Of a DNA stretch of 64,000 nucleotides, positions 25,065-40,810 are shown in pieces. Both the position numbers and the translations under genes were made by a program. This stretch comes from the human T2T-CHM13v2.0 reference genome, Homo sapiens. The number at the start of each line of letters is the position of its first letter. Position 1 is the first letter of the stretch. The notes below the pieces were generated by a model, which searched no databases, had not been told where the DNA came from, and saw nothing but the letters and a program-made list of their open reading frames with translations. The stretch is from NCBI RefSeq assembly GCF_009914755.1, contig NC_060926.1; one strand, 5' to 3'.

Positions 25065-26096
25065 TCAGTCCTGCTGCTGGATCATCTAGTTAGTGGCTTC
25101 TGACTCAGAGGACCTTCGTCCCCTGGGGCAGTGGGCCTTCCAGTGATTCCCTTAACATAAGGGGCATGGACGAGGGGGCGGCTTATTTCTATTCAGACAA
25201 TCTTTTTTAAAGTGTCCTTGTAGACCGCACTGGAAGCAAGCCCTATTAAGCGTTTGATTTGCCCAGCCTTTCCCTTTTCCAGAGCCTCCAAAGTCCACTT
25301 GCCTGAGGGCCATGACTAAAGCGGTGGCCTTTTTTCTTTTATCCCATTTGTCCCGTTCTGCCTGCTCCTCCTGATCTCTATTATATAAAACCAAGGTTGC
25401 CAAGTTCAATAGGGTTTCTAAGTTTTGCTGCGGGCCTAAGGTGGACTTTTGAAGTTTTTTCTAATGTCTGCAACTGACTGAGTGATAAACTTATCCTTTA
25501 AGATTAGTTGACCTTCAGTAGAGTCAGGTGACAGAGAGATACGCTTCCTCAATGCCTCCCTTAGTCTCTCCAGAAAAGCAGTAGGATTTTCTTCCTTTCC
25601 CTGTGTTACAGTGGACATCATTGAATAATTTATAGGCTTCTTCCTAGTTTTCCTTAGTCCTTCTAGCACGCAAGTTAGCAAATGTCTGTGGCACCAATAT
25701 CCATGTTCTGATTCTGTGTCGCAGTGAGAGTCTACACTAGGAACTGCCTGCTGGCTTGTGAGGAATTGCTCTCCTTCTTCTGTTGTCATCCTATTATTGA
25801 CCTGACTGAGATACCAGAGATCGCCAAACTCTTGGGCTACAGTTATGGTGGCACTTCTCTCATTTGGGGTTAGTGTCTGATCTAGCAGTAACACTGTATC
25901 TCTCCATGTCAGATCAAAGGATTGTCCTAACCCTTGTAAAACACCAATATAGTCATCAGAGTTATCTGAGAATTTACCTAGGTCTATTTTAGTTTGCTTC
26001 AAGTCTGACAGGGTAAAAGGTACATACACTCTGACTGGGCCAAATTCTCCAGAATACATCTTAGTGGAGTTTTTCCTTGCGGGGAACGTTTCCCAT
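25065..26096 (-). pseudogene. gag: HERV-W gag with most of matrix deleted; CA and NC present; frameshifts and stops
   Basis: ATGGGAAACGTTCCCCGC start; MHR-like QGKEENPTAFLERLREAL; CCHC knuckle CFQCGLQGHFKKDC; ends cagcagcaggactga. Confidence 0.92.
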
Positions 26097-27199
26097 CTGA
26101 AAAAAGAACATATGGATGCCAGCAGCCCTAGTCATTTTCCAATGAGCATTAGTCATAGAGCATCCTTGATGGTCCTAATGCTTATTCCTTTCCAGGGTGC
26201 ATAACCACCCATGGACCTCTGCTTATCGGATTAGTTACGCTCACCGATGTAGCAGTCCTACACCTGTTTTCCCGCCTTTCTTGACCACAAAGAAAGGGGT
26301 CTGGGCTGCTGGATTCTAGTGGTCCTTTACCACCATGCCTAACATTGCCTTTGTGCTCAGGGGTGAGTTCTAGAGCTGGGCTGGGTTCCTGAGTATTTCA
26401 TAACAACCCAGCTGCCCCATCAAGATGCATTCCCATAAACAACAATTCTTATGCAAATTTGTTTCAGAGGGGGTGTAGGTAACCTTTTGAGTCAGGATTG
26501 AGATAGAGTTTCTTGATTCTGTAAGTATTTTAAGGCTTGGCTGAGTGCAAACAGCTTGTACCTTTGAACAGACCAATTATTAGGCAATTTTCCTAACTGC
26601 TTCTATAAGAGTTTCCCTATCAGTTACTGAATACCCATTGTGGTTTTTTGTTTTTTTTTTCAATCACCCAGGAGGAACCATCTATCATCCTGTCCTGAAG
26701 GGAGTTTCTCCTAGGTCTGGTCGGACTTTTGTATGGTAGTTAAGATTTAAATCCCCTGTTAGGAAATCTGCCAGGTTAAGGAAATTTTCAGTGGTTAATG
26801 TTAAGTCATCTTTTTCTAACGGAATAGCCCCATACTTTAAGATTTTTGAGTTAGTAAGCTACCTTTCTGCTTTTTTTACTTAGGATAGTTCTGAGGTGTG
26901 CTCACAATGAGGTTTCCTCTAAAAGTTATTTTTCTACTTTCTTCTGCTAGCAAAGCAGTTGCCTCTACAGATTAAATGCATTTGGGCCATCCGTGGGTTA
27001 CTGGGTTAAGGATTTTTGATAGGAAGGCTACTGATTGTCAGTGTCCTCAGTGCTTTTGGGCTATGCCCTTGTTTATACTGACAACAAGGTGGTATTGGAG
27101 TGTTACAGGGTCACAGAGAAGATGTTCAATTATCAATTGTAGGTTTTAAATTTACCCTGGCTTTTAAAGGAATAGGGTGCACTGTTTTTTTCTTTACTA

Positions 27200-27410
27200 C
27201 TTTTATCTCTCTCTTTCTGTCTCTGCCTTTCTCTTTCCCCTCTCTCTCTTTCCTCTCTCTCTCTTTCCCCTCTCTCTCCCCTCTCTCTCCTCTTTCTTTG
27301 ACTCCCTCTTTTCCTCTTTCTTTCCTCTCTCTCTTTTTCTCTCTCTCTTTCCCCTCTCTCTTTTCCCTTTTTCCCTCTTTTCTTTCTCTCTTTCCTCTCT
27401 CTCTTTTTGT
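27200..27410. repeat. CT/AG-rich polypyrimidine tract within the HERV-W leader
   Basis: About 200 bp almost entirely C/T on the + strand. Confidence 0.95.
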
Positions 27411-28384
27411 AGATGGATTTTGGGAACACAGCAGAAGGATGTTCGCTCATTGCCCCCATTTGCCACTATAGGAATATGCATCTCCCTTTAATTTACTCAA
27501 TTCACTTTCATCCTGATCTATCATGTTGTCATAGACCTAGTTCCGTTTGTTAAAGTACTGGGTTATCAGTTCTAAGGTCCTGGCCAAGAAGCCAAGGCTT
27601 GGAGATTGTATTGCAGAGGGGTAAGCAGGGTAGCAATTGGGGGAGGAGAGCATCTTACACAATGGGAGAGCAATCCTCATAGCCATTTACAAACTTGGGG
27701 CCACAGCTCAGAATAGAACTTGGGGCCCTGGCAAGGGTGGTGAGGAATGGGTCCCACATAACTGTCCATGTCAAGAGCTATATACCTAAATTGGGAGGGG
27801 CACCAGGGACAAGACTCCCTGGGTTCATAGCCTAGTTGCCTAAGGACACCACATAGAGCTTCCTTGGATCCCTTTGAAGATACCACTTGCTCTAATACTT
27901 AGGAGAGGAAGTGAAAGTCTGAAGCATTAGTATCTAGGAGTCAGGGATCAGAGAAAGTAGAATCAGAGGTAAGGAGAACTTGGGGGCTACACTTTCAAGA
28001 AAGTTGTGGTCAGGACCCAGGAGGTATGGGTCAGAAGGAGAGGTAGGGGTGCACACATGGGCAACTGATGAGTAGAGACTTCTGGCTGCGCCGTGATCTC
28101 AACCAGCCAATGCCAGGAGTTCGGGACAACAGCTTTCTGCCTCTAGTCAGCCCTTGGCTTCCCCCAGGAAACTGTGAAAGTGGAAGCTGCTTCCAGGCAG
28201 ACCAATGCTCTCAACCCAGAAGGGTTGGGGGTTGTTAGAAAGCCTTTCCCCAGGAAGCCTCACACCTGAGTCTTAAGTCCGGCAGCCACACTAATCGTTT
28301 TTAACTGGCCAACAGGTGCCCAGTATTTTCCTCCAACTCTAAGGAAGGATAGGACAGAATAGCAAGCCAAAGTGGTCCAATATT

Positions 28385-28424
28385 ACTCACCGCTTTGGAG
28401 AATCACCATACGGTTGCCACCAAA
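28385..28424 (-). other. Diverged primer-binding site and major splice donor of HERV-W
   Basis: After U5 end ...gtaaca comes tttggtggcaaccgtatgg, then donor CG|GTGAGT at 28390-28385. Confidence 0.75.
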
Positions 28425-28926
28425 TGTTACAGGTGGGTCTTTGTTCTTAGAGCTCACAAGATGGTGGCGGCCACTCCCAAGATGGAAGCAAGCCTTTTGT
28501 TCTCTGATCTGGGGTTCTTGGCCTCACGGAATCCAAGGAATGGAACCTTGGTCCATGCGGTTAATGTTATAGCTCTATTAGAAGCCGTGGGTCACAGAAG
28601 AGAACCGTGGAACCCAGTGACTAGTGTTCAGCTTGATTAGGACAAATTCCTGCACTTAGCCGTGCAGGAACAATGGCAAGCCTCTAGCCCAAACGGAAGC
28701 GGCAATGGGTGCCTCGCTGGATCAGAAATGCAGCAGACACCCTGCCAGATCCGGAGGGGTGGAAGTCAATGGCGGGTATGCGACGGCGGCAAACAGCAGT
28801 GGTGGACAGTGAGTGAAAGCTCAGCTCGAGCAGGAACAAACACGGACCAGAAAAGTGTGCAGCTGCAAGATTTAATAAGTGAAAACAGAGCTCGCATACA
28901 ATGGGAGGGGACCCAAAGGGGTTTCC
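28425..28926 (-). promoter_or_regulatory. 5' LTR17 R-U5 (no U3)
   Basis: First ~70 nt repeat the R of the 3' LTR; ATTAAA signal; ends ...cctgtaaca. Confidence 0.92.
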
Positions 28927-29269
28927 CAAAAGTATGGCACTTTAAGAGTATTCAAAACTCACATTTTACTTAAACCACAAGAATAAAGTTCCTTTAAATT
29001 CATCATGGCAATGAACTGAATGAGGAGGAACTTGGGGAAGAGACAGACTCTGTAGTGCTCCCAAAATCTCAGAACACAGCCGGCCCTTATTGCTACCCTT
29101 AAAATCTAATTTCTCTATCCACCCAATCAGAGTGGATTAGATCATAATAATGTATTATATGATAACTAGAAGGCTTTGAAACTATTAAATACTATACAAA
29201 CAAAGCTGTAGTTTTTTAATGCAAGGCCATTACTCATTCAGGTGGAGCATTATTAACTATAATGTCACT

Positions 29270-30310
29270 TGTATCAGGCTGCTGGATTGTATCTTTACCC
29301 TTTCCTGTTTAATACTTTTGTCAACATCCTGGATGGAGATATAGAAAGCATGGTTATCAAATTCACAAATAACACTAAGTTGAAAGGCAGAGCTAATATG
29401 TCAGATGACAGAATTTAGATTCACAATGATCTTGACAAGGCAGAACACCAAGATGAAACCCATGAAATAAAATTAACACACATGCTATAATTAAAAGACA
29501 AACAAATGCCCTGCATGTGTACAAGACAGGAGAGGCCAGGCATGACAGCATTTTTATTGAGGGGGGGAAGGGGAGAACTAGAGGCTTTAGTTGATCTCTA
29601 GTTGAACATCAGTCAATATTTTGCTACACAGCTGCAGAAAAATTGTCTTAGGCTGAATAATAGAGTAATATCTAAATCAGGATAGGCAATATCTATCTGG
29701 AAAAGAGTATTCATCCCTGGGTGCTATACTTAAGAGCAATATTAAGAAATTTTTAAATATTCATGGAAGGATGGCAGAGAGGAAATACATACAGTCCTCA
29801 TACCATATAAGGAATAGCTAAAGAAATTGCTTGCTGTAGAAAAGAGAGCTTACAGAAAACTAACACATATTTTCAGATATTTTAAAGGGCTATTAGTGGT
29901 AAGAATATCTCACCATTTTTAAACATATTAACTGTATGATATCAGAAAAGATCACTGGCCTTCAATGCCTCAACTTTTTAAATCTACAAAATAGAGCTAA
30001 GATTATCAATTCTATAGCACTATTGTAAAAATTAACAATGATATCTCTAAGGTGTATAGTACATTATATGGAACATAGTTTACACTCAACAAAGGGTGGG
30101 TATTTTTACTCTCTATTTCTCTAAAAGGCAAACTAGGGCTAATAGATGAATTAGGCAGAGCCATGCCACAAAAGAAAGAAGGACTCCTAAAATAGCTCCT
30201 TCCCTTGAATTTTCCATGAAGATGTTAAATGACTATCAGAAAATCTGGGAAGAGATCCGTCCATTGGGTGAAAGTTGCACTAGACAGTTTCTAAGTTCTC
30301 CTCACTGCTT
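29270..30310 (+). mobile_element. L3/CR1 LINE, RT region to 3' end, with a probable MIR insert near 29930-30100
   Basis: Decayed translation FNTFVNILDGDIESMVIKFTNNTKL resembles CR1 RT (FINDLD..IKFADDTKL). Confidence 0.75.
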
Positions 30311-30454
30311 AAGTTCGTTTCCAATGTTAAGATTTTGTAATTCTCTCTGATTTCTCACCATGCCTCCAATAGATGTATTTCTGAAGTTAATAACACTCAA
30401 ACAAACCAAGATTATTTGTGCTTTACTTTGTGCCCCACACTAAGAGGTGGCTAT

Positions 30455-30610
30455 ATTTATTATCCTCTTTTCACAAATGAGGAAACTGAGGCAAAGATTA
30501 GGTAAGTAGTTTGATGAAGTACATGCAACTCATTACTGGCAGAGTAACAGTTTGAATTCAGAACCAATTGGGTTAATTGTGACTCATCAGCCAGACCTTC
30601 TCTTTCTACC
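30455..30610 (-). mobile_element. MIR SINE
   Basis: ttcacaaatgaggaaactgaggc core. Confidence 0.8.
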
Positions 30611-31909
30611 ATTGCAGCAAGTAGGCCCCAAGAGGTCCTGTGATGCCCTAGGGTTTGTTTAGTTATCTCCAACCTGTTCTACAAACAGATTTAATTTTTA
30701 AAGTACAGTACATTTAAAATCACGAGGTACCACTGATGACTGAATTGAAAAACATATTCTACTGTATTAGGAAATGTTATGTTCCATAAACATTTATTTT
30801 GTAAACTAATAAAACTCATTTCCTAAGTGCTGAAACTTTTCCTATTTCATCCATTTTGGATAGAACTCATCCAGTGATGAACAGCCCACTTCTTGTTCTA
30901 GTTTATTCTAATTTATAGAACACACATTAACTTGTACATCTGCCTCAAGATCATCACATCATAAATACTAGTTATTGTCTTAAGGCATCATTCATTAATG
31001 TCCTAAGGATGTATTGATAAATGCACTTGCGTCAATGTAAGCAGTTTCTAAGTGAGGGCCTGCCGGATTCTCCAAAGAGTAAATTCTATGAGTCATAGGG
31101 TCTTATCTTTGTGATAGGGTCCTGACTCCTCACAAACTTTTCTTCCTTGTTCCAGATTATTTCAGATAGATGTAGCTGCAAGATAAAAGACTTCCAGTTA
31201 TGTAAGATGGTGCTGCTTACTCAAAGCAAATTCCAGTGCCTATCAGATTATAAAATGACAAAATGCGGGAATTGGTGCACGGTGAGAGGCCAGAAAAAAA
31301 TTAACTGAACAATGTGGTTTATGAAGTCACAGGAAATTTTGTCTATTGAAAGGGGTGGATTGTTGAGAAGTAGAGAGAATTTGTAGGAACAAGTAAGAAA
31401 GTTTAAAAGTAAATTAGCTTCAAGGAAGTAAAATTCTATGGCACCTTAAACCCTAAATCATTTTTTTCTGTTTATTTGAGTAAGTTTTGCTTCCTTGTTG
31501 TTGTAATTGGTTTAAGTTTCTAGTTCTTATGTCTCCGTGTGTTTAAGCTTTCAGTGCAGGTGCATTTAAGCTCTCAAATGTTTACAGAATTTCCTAGCAT
31601 CCTCTTTCCTGAAATTTAAATAGCTTCATATTCAGTTTCATAAGTATGTTGTTTTTTCTTTCCATGGGAAGCTACAACCTAAGACTTATTTGGAAATTTA
31701 CGTTTAAAACTTAGGATAATCATCTACAAATATTTCTCTAGAAAAGAGCTTTCACCTAAGTAAATAGATTTAGTGTGCCAAATCTCTAATTTGATTGACA
31801 CTTGATGGCTATTTATTCCATTGGTTAATCTTTTGCTTATCTTACCAAATATTTGAATAGAAGCCTAACTAAAGAATACCTAAAGAATAAAAATAATAAA
31901 GTTTCATAG

Positions 31910-32254
<345 letters not shown>

Positions 32255-32707
32255 TTCAAAATAATTATTAATTCAATGAACACTTATTGAGGTCTACTAC
32301 AGTTAAGCACTTTGCTAAGTGCTAAGCATACAAGGGAGTTTAGTGAAGAAATAGCACATCTCATACAACGTAGTAACCATTCAGGTGACAGGAACCCAAA
32401 AGGGAAAGCACTTACCCAAATTAACAGAGTCAGGGAAGACCTAAAGATAGGAATTAATCACAAGAACGGTGTGGAATTAGGATAAGAGAAAGGACAAGCC
32501 AGCCAAAGAAGACAATGACTGAAGACCAAGAGGTAAGAAAGTATGAAGTATGTGGAAAAAACTCAAGTGTGGTTTATGTGTACTGTTTCCAACTGGTCTT
32601 CTCACTTCCTCTTTCATATCCCTTCTATAGCATTGCATTTCTCATTATTTCCCTGAGACATCTTTTATCGATATCAACAATGACCTCCATATTGCTAAGT
32701 CCAATTT

Positions 32708-32841
32708 TAATAGTTTTCTATTGCTGCTGCAATAAATTACCACAAGCATAGTGGTTTACAATACAAATTTATTATCTTACAGTTCTGCAGGTTAGAAGTC
32801 TGACATGGGTCTCACTGGGCTAAAATCAAAATGTTATCAGG
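32708..32841 (-). mobile_element. MLT1 (C/D-like) LTR fragment
   Basis: ttctattgctgctgcaataaattaccacaa...tatcttacagttctgcaggttagaagtctgacatgggtctcactgggctaaaatcaa. Confidence 0.75.
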
Positions 32842-33224
32842 TTCTTGAGATTTTTATACCGGCAGAAACACGCAAGTTTGCACTAAAAGAGAGAGTACAA
32901 AATGAAAGAAGGCTCTCAGACTGATACCACTCCCTGCCAAACTCTGCAGGCAAAAAACATACTGAAAACTACTCAGCTGCAAACACGTGCTACCTTCATG
33001 AAAATAGAAAGACAATGCCAAGCATGGAGCACGAAACCCAGAGGGTAGAGCTGAGAGCCACTGAATGTCTGTAACTCATATCTCATGCCTGTCCCTTCAG
33101 TGTGTTCTGAAAGCAAATAACTTGCTTCTTCTTGAGTTTCATGGTGCCCCAGATAGATTATACTCAGAGACTTACTCATAGCTGATTTAGATGATTTAGA
33201 TGATGAAATTTCACCACAGGAACC

Positions 33225-33410
33225 CTTACTATGTGGCACTCCACCAAAGTAATTTTACCTTCACAGCAACTGCATAGAGAGGATATTATCATTATCCCCA
33301 TTTTATAGATAAGGAAACTAAGGCTTAGAGAATTTAAATAGTTTGCCCAAGATCAAGCAGGTAGTTGAGGATAGAGATGGGATTTTAAGTGAGCCCAACT
33401 CTGGAGCACA
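33225..33410 (-). mobile_element. MIR SINE
   Basis: attatccccattttatagataaggaaactaaggcttagaga core. Confidence 0.8.
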
Positions 33411-33808
33411 ATCAAGGCTCTGCTCTCTCCCTATACCTCTGCCTTTCTTCTCCTCACCCAACCCTACCCACATTAAACGTGGGTAACTCAATAGAACTCA
33501 TTAAGTTTCTTCTTCATCCCCTATCATAATACTAATGCACTAAAACAAGAAAATATATACTGTACATGCTGTACGATAACTATACTGAAACATACTTTTC
33601 CGTTTTAAAAAGCAAATTTTATGTCATTTGTTCCAAAATAGCCTGGGAGACATGACTTTTGTTTTGAAATATATGTACATAATGTTCCCTCATTCTGCTC
33701 ATGGGCAAACTGTGGACGTTACGGTATGCACAGTAAAATACATGCTGTATAGTAAAGGACATATTTACTGCAGATAAAAGGAAAATTCTGCCTCCCTTTG
33801 AGTTCTAA

Positions 33809-34130
<322 letters not shown>

Positions 34131-34277
34131 AGAAAGCAGTTTTTTATAACAGAGATTTCCCATCTTATTTCATTGACGCCTTTATGTATTCAATAAGGAA
34201 GGCACAGGTACCATTTCTCACATGAGAATGAAAAGCATTGTGTGTAGGTACATTTTTAGAATCTCATTCTACTCTCT

Positions 34278-34654
34278 GTTTTAGTTAGATCAGGGTCCTG
34301 TACAAAATACCATTACCATGTAGCTTAAACAACAGATATTTACTTATCACAGTTCTGGAAGCTAGAAAGTTCAAGATGAACGTGCTGGCAGATCTGGTTC
34401 CTGGTGAGGGCTCTCTTCCTGGCTTGCAGGATAGCTGCCTTCTTGCTATGTGCTCACATGTCCTTTCATCAGTGCACGCTTATGAGGAGATCTCTGTGTC
34501 TTTCTCTTTTTGTAAGGGTACTAACCCCATCATAAGGATCCCATCATCATGACCTCAGCTAAACCTAGTTACCTTCCAAAGGCCTCACCTCCATATCGGG
34601 TGTTAGAACTTTAACGTAGGAATTTTGGGAGTACACAAATATTCAGTCCATAAC
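34278..34654 (-). mobile_element. MLT1A0-like MaLR solo LTR
   Basis: cttaaacaacaga...cacagttctggaagctag...ggtgagggctctcttcctggcttgcag...aatattcagtccataaca. Confidence 0.85.
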
Positions 34655-36239
34655 ACCCTCCTACAATGTGACTTGCATTACATGATTATGAAACTAGGAG
34701 AAAATATATTGAGTAATTATCTTCTGGTTGTGTCAAAAATCTTAATCCCTTGGTGAGCAAAATACGTGAAAGACAAGTTTCAAGAACACAATTAGAAAGA
34801 ATAAAGTCTATTAGATGTACAAAGGAGGGATGATGCCTGGTTTCATGGAAAGCAACAGATTCATAAGCTGTGACTTGGATTTGTGGCTCTGCCTGAGATA
34901 GTCCAGCAATGCCACAGTCAACTGAAAAAATACAGAAAAGATTCCTTTGAACCCAAATTATATTCACACACCATCTTCAAGTAAACTGATAGAAAATCAG
35001 TAATTACTATATTTTTAGAGGTTTCAAGAAGAATTAAGGCACAGACATGATTAAGAGCTTATTCTGACAAGAATATGAAAAAGAGAAATGAAAAATCCAA
35101 CTCCTCAGGCCAACTCAAACTGTAGTTTTCTTCCCAAATAGCCAGAATGAAAAGAAAGGATTAAAGGGGGAAGAGAAGAATCTAACATTAACTTGAACCC
35201 ATTTGGAGCATACACTTCAGTGGGTATTGTATGATATTTTATTTAATCCTCATAACGACATTGTGTGATGCAAGTTTTAGAAGTCATACATTATAAATGA
35301 CAAAATGTAGACTCTGAAAGCATAATTTGTCCCAGATCACACAGTGAGGTATAAAGCAGTTCTTCTGTAACTGAGCGGGGTGCTCTTTCCAATGCAATAC
35401 AAGTAGGAAGTAATGTAGTCTATGATCTGGGGTACACAGAAAACCACCCCAAAAATTACTGCCCACAAAAAAAGGCATAGTTTCCCAAAAATCACTCTTT
35501 GTTAGTCTTTAAAGCTTTCTAGTTACCTTTTTCTAATTCATTTGTATATTTAAAATCCAAATAGTTGAGCATTATGCCCATGATGGACCATTAAATGAAA
35601 AAAAAAGTTGTCAAAAATACAGAACAGACCTAAAGGAATTGTACTAACAAAGGAAAATGTAAATGCCCCAAAAATATGAGTATGATTAGGTAAATTGTAG
35701 AGAGATTCAGCCATTAGAATAAAGACATCTACTACCAAAAGACTGGGTTAAGCTATAATATTAAGTACAAAGATCAAGACACAAAGTAGTATGTCGAGTG
35801 TGATTACAACTATGTGAAAATGCATAGAAAATTAAAGGCTGTACATGAAGTATAAAAATGATGCACTTAATGTTACAGAATTATGAGTAATTATTCCCTT
35901 GCTATTGTCCATATTTTCTTTAACAACAATTAACTTTTGTAATTTCTTAATCAGAAATCAGTGAGCTTTTAGAAGCAACATGCTTAAATCAAGCCATACA
36001 ATTGCTTCCTCCTTGAGGGCCAGAAACAGTTACTGTTTTTTGTTTTTCTTTTTCATTTTATTTCCCACAGTGCACAGTTTCTTATACCCAGCTGATGGTT
36101 AATTTTTTTTATAGAATATATTTTTTTAAAGGACAGACAAAAGCCAAAAACAATCCTCCTCTGCTTAGGAAGTATATCCTACATAAGCTTACTAATTAGA
36201 GATTTGTGTTAATGAGTTCCTCTTTTAAAATGCAAATGC

Positions 36240-37250
<1,011 letters not shown>

Positions 37251-37553
37251 AAGAGAATGCTTGTTTGTATATAACAGGCATTTTAAACATGTGTTCTACC
37301 TATTCTAGTTGCAATTTCTGGGATTGATACCAAATGAAGAAAATGTTTCTACACAAAGATATTTATACACAGCTTTATTTAAAATAGTAAAATTGGGGGA
37401 ATATCTTTAACTACCTAGTTAAAGGTAGTGTGGCACAGCTATAAAACAGACCATATTGTCTTTTAAAATTCTGTTTAATTCCTTTTACTTCATGCAAATT
37501 AATCATCTTATTTTAGTGTGATAGCATGAAAGATACTAGGACAGCTAGGAAGG

Positions 37554-37554
<1 letters not shown>

Positions 37555-37588
<34 letters not shown>
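37555..37588. repeat. (AC)17 microsatellite
   Basis: Read directly from the sequence. Confidence 0.95.
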
Positions 37589-37590
<2 letters not shown>

Positions 37591-38061
37591 CATCTTCTCC
37601 CTTAAGACCTAAATTCAGGATTGGAGTAGGAGATCAAGTTTTCTGTTGAGAACCAGCAGCAAAATGAACAAGATTATTTCTCTCTGTGTGAGTCTGTGCT
37701 ACATCTTCTAACCACCTCAAACATAAACACACATAGATAATAGAGAGTGAGAGTTTTAATAATATGAGAAAAATTTTGATACCACAGCTAAATTTTGAAA
37801 AGCAAAGCAAAACTGTGAAATACACAGTGGAACCTCAGCTTTTTATGTGCACATGAAAGTGGCCTACTGAACAGTGTTTGAATTCAGCGGGACAGAAGGA
37901 TGATGTGGTTTTCTTTTCCTCCATTCTCTGCCTTCAAACTGCTCTATGGAATTTCCTTTTCCCATTCTTTAATGATATCTTGGACAAATCCTACAGCTTC
38001 CCAGTCACCTTTCAGTGTTAAAAATTTCCTTCTAGTCTACTGGAGTTTAAAATCCCACATT

Positions 38062-38424
<363 letters not shown>

Positions 38425-38777
38425 TCATTTGCTCTTTTCCTTCTAGCGCTTCCAGGAATGGGTAGGAAGAAAAACTCCAGAAATAGACCAAAGGTGTACT
38501 ACTAACTGGAGCCAATCTAGCCTCTCCTAGCTAAAACAGGTTCTCAGCAGGCCCTGAGGGAACCCCCTCACTAAATAGTTTACTGTCATGAGAATTCATG
38601 TCAGCTTAGCTGCTTCTTAACCCCATGCCACTCCACTTCCAACTCTAGCATGAACCCGAAACTCTGCTGGTGTCCCCTTTCCAAAGGCCAGTTCTCTCAA
38701 CTGAGATGTGGAACAGACTACTGAAGCCCAGATACCTTCCTTGATGTTCCCTTGGCTCTCTAGAAAAGGGCATATCT

Positions 38778-38935
38778 GGCTGGGCAAGGTGGCTCACACC
38801 TGTAATCCCAGCAATTTAGGAGGCCAAGGAGGGCAGATCACCTGAGGTTAGGAGTTCGAGACCAGCCTGGCCAACATGATGAAAGTCTGTCTCTACTAAA
38901 AATACAAAAACTAGCCTGGCGTAGTGGAAGGTGCA
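38778..38935 (+). mobile_element. AluSx-like, 3'-truncated (left arm plus about 25 nt of right arm)
   Basis: ggctgggcaaggtggctcacacctgtaatccc...tacaaaaactagcctggcgtagtgg, then unrelated sequence. Confidence 0.9.
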
Positions 38936-40069
38936 TAAACATCCAACTGAAGAATAAGAGTCCTACCTCCCATTTTCTAGTGGCATCCCAATGTTTAGAA
39001 GGTATTCTATTGGAAGCCTGCTACACATGATGTTCTCCTGCTCCAAATGACAGCTCACATTTCTAAAAGCTTATATGAGTCCCTTGAGTATAGTACTCAT
39101 ACAGAGTAGGGAAAGGGTGAGCATGAAGGAAGACAGGCCAGTTCTTCCACCTATTAATAACCTCATGAAGATACAACCGATGCTTCCTGAGGCTGTCTTT
39201 AGAGTATGGATGGGCATGCTACCTGTGTGTTTTGTCAGTTTGTTTGTTGTTAGTTTGGATATTTGGTTATATGCTTGGTTGATCGGTTTTGGGATTTTAG
39301 AAACAACTCCAAGATAACAATGCAAGATAACAATGATAAAAACATTCTTTCAGCATTCTGTGACCCAGCAAAAAGACTAGAAGAAAACATCCTAATAAAC
39401 TACAGTGTTATTAGTGCTTCTTACTAGGTGGCAATACTATAGTTTGTTATTACCTCCGTAGCTTCTGAAATTTTCTATTATTTTAAAGAGAAATGCATTA
39501 AAAATCAAGAATTTTAAAATGATATTCAAATGTAATGAATGCATGCTTTTTATATGAAAGTGATTGAATAGTCATCCTCATCTATGGTTATAAAAAGATT
39601 AGTAATAAAGTGTCTAGGCACTGGCAGATTCTTTACTGCTCAGACAAATCAAGAAATTATTGTTTTTTTAAATAATGGGTTTAACCTACATTGCTACACA
39701 CTCACACAAACACACATACATACTCAGACGAGAGAATCATACTTACTCCACATAAATGTTGAGTTATGTTAAATAACTAGGAATTCTGAGATCAATAATA
39801 AAGTTCTAAAAACAAAGAAAGACTCACAATTCAGATAAGACAAGGTAGATCAAATAACGGGCAAACTGGAAATGAATATCGAAACCTATTATTAGATATG
39901 TATCATATAGTCTATTTAGGTTGTAAACATTATTATTTTTCATATTATTGAAGCTGCCCCACTCATTTTTAACATATTCCTGTATTGCCTTCATAAAATT
40001 CTAAATTTAAAAATTCCTCTAAGCATTGAAATTAATGTGCATACCTATGCACACACATGAATACACATG

Positions 40070-40810
<741 letters not shown>

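Larger units (their letters stand above)
23502..28926 (-). mobile_element. HERV-W (HERV17/LTR17) processed pseudogene, L1-retrotransposed and internally deleted
   Basis: Order R-U5, PBS, leader, gag, pro, partial pol, partial env, PPT, U3-R, polyA20; TSD caaaagtatggc at 23490-23501 and 28927-28938. Confidence 0.95.

Noticed and set aside
27100-27491. Four overlapping ORFs of 92-123 aa
   Set aside because: Low-complexity CT/AG tract that lacks stop codons.
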